Notes under the pieces: model-generated
The model's database searches: none
What the model saw: the letters and a program-made list of their open reading frames with translations, nothing else
Told to the model about the DNA's origin: nothing
Shown: in pieces, positions 59,830-64,000 of the stretch
How positions within the stretch are numbered: the first letter of the stretch is position 1
Layout: each line of letters opens with the position of its first letter
From: an uncultured Lachnospiraceae bacterium
GTDB lineage: Bacteria; Bacillota; Clostridia; Lachnospirales; Lachnospiraceae
Direction of reading: 5' to 3'
Assembly: GCA_947631625.1 (NCBI GenBank)
Contig: CANRMA010000005.1
Coordinates: forward strand, 28,108 to 92,107
Length of the DNA: 64,000 bases
Program-made: the position numbers and the translations under genes

Positions 59830-60219
59830 CTAAAATTTTAAAATTCCTCTATGATTTGCATGACGCTTTTTATAGATTTCATAATAAAGCAGCACCTGTA
59901 TAAATTCCTCTGTCCATTCCCAGTTTTTTTCATCGCCACTGTTATCTTTATTGTCTTCTGAATTCATTCTTTTAACTTTATCCATAACTGCCTGCGTAAG
60001 CCTGTATAACTGCCATTTATCCGGATATTCGTCATATATGCAGCTTCCTTCGTAATCCATAGTATTTAAAATATCAACTATAATTTTTTGATATTTCTTT
60101 GCCTCCGCCGGATAGAGCTGCTGTAAGTATTCCAAATCGCGTGTTATCGTATCCTCTTCCTGGTAATATAAAGGCAGCGGATACGCCATATAAAAAGGGA
60201 GAATTCTTGATCTGTCCAT
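59830..60219 (-). CDS. Conserved hypothetical protein, possibly sporulation-associated
   Basis: 129 aa with DLEYLQQLYP and DYEGSCIYDEYPD; sigma-K/E-like promoter upstream. Confidence 0.7.
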   Translation of the reverse strand: MDRSRILPFYMAYPLPLYYQEEDTITRDLEYLQQLYPAEAKKYQKIIVDILNTMDYEGSCIYDEYPDKWQLYRLTQAVMDKVKRMNSEDNKDNSGDEKNWEWTEEFIQVLLYYEIYKKRHANHRGILKF

Positions 60220-60250
60220 ATCGCTTCAACTTCTTTTGATATTTTATTTT

Positions 60251-60281
60251 ATCATATGCATAGTTATTAAGTTTGTTATGA
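60251..60281 (-). promoter_or_regulatory. Putative sigma-K/sigma-E promoter
   Basis: TCATAAC-N16-CATATGAT; fits both AC-N16-CATAnnnT and ATA-N18-CATAnnnT. Confidence 0.5.
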
Positions 60282-60358
60282 AAAAATCTTATACTGTTAT
60301 TTTATACCGTAATTTTATATAATAATTATTTATCGCCCCTTTGAATAACATTCGTTAT

Positions 60359-60390
60359 TAAAAGGACAGGCTTATTCACCTGTCCTTTTA
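60359..60390 (-). terminator. Intrinsic terminator of the atp operon
   Basis: TAAAAGGACAGG-loop-CCTGTCCTTTTA. Confidence 0.8.
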
Positions 60391-60409
60391 TAATAACGTA
60401 TGTAATTTA

Positions 60410-60817
60410 TTATTTTACTGCATTTATTCTGGCTACCGCACGTTTAAGCGATAATTCGGCGCGTTTCATATCCGTTCCCGGCGCGTTGTCCCTGATACGG
60501 CTTTCGGCGCGTTCCTTTGCTTCCTGCGCGCGATCCAGATCGATTTCCGCCGGCCATTCTATTATCTCAGCCAAAATCGTTACCCGATCTTGCAAAACTT
60601 CCGCAAAACCTGCATGCAGCGCAGCCTCTTTTACCTCATCGTCCCGGGTAATGGTTAAAATACCCGGCGCAATGATCATAGTCATCGGAATATGCTGTTT
60701 ATAAATTCCGACTTCACCCTCTACGGTATTAAATTCCACCATTGAGACTTCATCTTCATAGAAGATTCTGTCCGGCGTAATTATCTTTAATTTTAACTTA
60801 TTATCATTTTCAGCCAT
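60410..60817 (-). CDS. atpC: F0F1 ATP synthase epsilon subunit
   Basis: IITPDRIFY, GEVGIYKQH, IDLDRAQEAKERAE. Confidence 0.93.
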   Translation of the reverse strand: MAENDNKLKLKIITPDRIFYEDEVSMVEFNTVEGEVGIYKQHIPMTMIIAPGILTITRDDEVKEAALHAGFAEVLQDRVTILAEIIEWPAEIDLDRAQEAKERAESRIRDNAPGTDMKRAELSLKRAVARINAVK

Positions 60818-60828
60818 ACCGCTCCCCC

Positions 60829-62244
<1,416 letters not shown>

Positions 62245-62278
62245 TCACTCATTGTTATTTATCAGGAGCAGCATATAT

Positions 62279-63142
62279 TTACGAAATAGCGTTTGCTCCT
62301 GCGATAATTTCTGTTAATTCCTGTGTAATAGAGCCTTGTCTTGCTCTGTTATACATAAGCGATAAGTGATCTATCATTTCCTCAGCATTGCTCGTTGCGG
62401 AATCCATCGCCTGCATTCTCGCGCCGTTTTCACTTGCAACCGCTTCTATAAGACCTCCGTATATCAGACTGGTAACATATTTGGGAATGATAAGTTCCAA
62501 CGCTTCATCATCTTCGGGCTCGAAGTTCATAAGAGCGTTTCCCGCTTTATCTTCCGCCTTCTCTTCTTTTTTCTCCGGCTCAACCGGAAGAAGTTTCAGC
62601 AAAGTAGGCTCATGCACGACCGTATTTTTAAAACCGGTATAAGCAAGATAAATCTCACCGAACTCTCCGTTGGAATATGCTTCCAAAATCCTCTTACTTA
62701 ACGCCATTGCATCTATGTAAAGCGGTTCTTCGATTATACCGGAATCCTCTTCCACGATCTCATAACCATATCGATACAAAGCGTCACGTCCCTTTTTACC
62801 TATGGCATATATACGCAGATCCTCTTTTTTGAAATCACCCTGAGTTATAAGCTTAACAATATTGGAGTTGTAACCTCCGGCAAGTCCTCTGTTGGATGTT
62901 ATAACGATAACAGCCTTTTTCTCGGACTCTCCGCCGCTAAGATATGGGTGATTGATGTTTCCTGCTTTCGCCAGCATTGACGTTACCGTCTCATACATAC
63001 AGTTAAAATATGCCTTTGACTGTTCTGCGCGTTGTTTTGCGCGCTGCAGTTTAACGGTAGAAACAAGTTTCATGGCTTTGGTAATCTGCTGAGTACTCTG
63101 AATACTTCCCCTACGCCTTTTAATATCTCTCATTGAAGCCAT
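62279..63142 (-). CDS. atpG: F0F1 ATP synthase gamma subunit
   Basis: ITKAMKLVS, RGLAGGYN, RQGSITQELTEI; start MASMRD at 63142. Confidence 0.95.
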   Translation of the reverse strand: MASMRDIKRRRGSIQSTQQITKAMKLVSTVKLQRAKQRAEQSKAYFNCMYETVTSMLAKAGNINHPYLSGGESEKKAVIVITSNRGLAGGYNSNIVKLITQGDFKKEDLRIYAIGKKGRDALYRYGYEIVEEDSGIIEEPLYIDAMALSKRILEAYSNGEFGEIYLAYTGFKNTVVHEPTLLKLLPVEPEKKEEKAEDKAGNALMNFEPEDDEALELIIPKYVTSLIYGGLIEAVASENGARMQAMDSATSNAEEMIDHLSLMYNRARQGSITQELTEIIAGANAIS

Positions 63143-63167
63143 AGCGTCACCTTCCACTTCTTTCTAT

Positions 63168-64000
63168 TTATTTAAACTGCGCCTTGAACTCTTCAATAGC
63201 CTTCCTGAGCTTGGCGTCCGTTTCGTCGGATATCACTTTCTCGGAAGCGATCGAGCTTGGTATCTCAGGATACTTAGTATCCAGAAATTCAAAGAATTCC
63301 GTCTCAAATCTGGTTATATCCTCTACGGGAATATCCAGAAGATATTTATTGGTCGCCGCAAAGATTATGATAACCTGATACTGAACCGGCATGGGCTTAT
63401 ACTGCGGCTGCTTTAATATCTCTTTGATACGCTCGCCCTGAGCAAGCTTCTCTTTGGTATCGGCATCCAGTTCCGAACCGAACTGTGAGAAAGCCGCAAG
63501 TTCACGATACTGCGCAAGCTCCACACGAATAGGCGCCGCTATCTTCTTCATAGCCTTGATCTGCGCCGCGCCGCCGACACGGGATACGGAAAGTCCCGCA
63601 TTTACCGCAGGTCTGAAACCTGAATTAAACATTTCGGTCTCAAGGTAAATCTGTCCGTCGGTAATTGAAATAACGTTAGTCGGAATATAAGCCGATACGT
63701 CGCCTGCCTGCGTCTCTATGATAGGAAGCGCCGTCAGCGAACCTCCGCCATACTCGTCGCTCATTCTTGCCGCCCGTTCAAGCAGTCTGGAATGCAGATA
63801 AAATACGTCGCCCGGATAAGCCTCACGTCCCGGCGGTCTCTTAAGCAGCAATGAAAGCGTACGGTATGCAACCGCATGTTTACTCAAATCATCATATACT
63901 ACAAGAACATCTTCTCCGTTCTCCATCCATTCCTCGCCTATGGCGCAGCCCGAATAAGGAGCTATGTACTGCAGTGGCGCAAGCTCACTTGCCGAAGCCG
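63168..64000 (-). CDS. atpA: F0F1 ATP synthase alpha subunit (C-terminal part; 5' end outside the window)
   Basis: [35 protein letters not shown]. Confidence 0.96.
   Translation of the reverse strand, partial: ASASELAPLQYIAPYSGCAIGEEWMENGEDVLVVYDDLSKHAVAYRTLSLLLKRPPGREAYPGDVFYLHSRLLERAARMSDEYGGGSLTALPIIETQAGDVSAYIPTNVISITDGQIYLETEMFNSGFRPAVNAGLSVSRVGGAAQIKAMKKIAAPIRVELAQYRELAAFSQFGSELDADTKEKLAQGERIKEILKQPQYKPMPVQYQVIIIFAATNKYLLDIPVEDITRFETEFFEFLDTKYPEIPSSIASEKVISDETDAKLRKAIEEFKAQFK

Overview
Chromosomal, mostly minus-strand segment of a spore-forming Clostridia genome, very likely Lachnospiraceae (inferred from gene content and protein types). Housekeeping and sporulation genes: spoIID-like, a probable spoIIQ-like fragment, aconitase-family hydratase, glgP, type-2 ileS, pncB, a peptide ABC operon with amidohydrolase, spoVT, mfd-pth-spoVG-glgD-glgC, murC, a dnaD-helicase loader-prs operon behind DnaA and LexA boxes, a preQ1 riboswitch with queT, and atpA(partial)-atpG-atpD-atpC. 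No rRNA, tRNA, CRISPR, transposase or prophage genes were recognised. Most notable observations: (1) an HflXr-type GTPase behind a ~560-nt leader with a 4-codon uORF, a terminator and two tandem-repeat arrays, suggesting an antibiotic-responsive attenuator; (2) two large secreted enzymes sharing a ~570-aa C-terminal module with no known anchor motif; (3) an alpha/beta-hydrolase, membrane-anchored MurF and Ddl cassette; (4) an unannotated 33-aa protein; (5) a sigma-28 leader with a GGA-loop hairpin; (6) a methyltransferase with an in-frame amber codon and a four-fold duplicated RBS region. All family calls come from motif recognition by eye; no searches were run.
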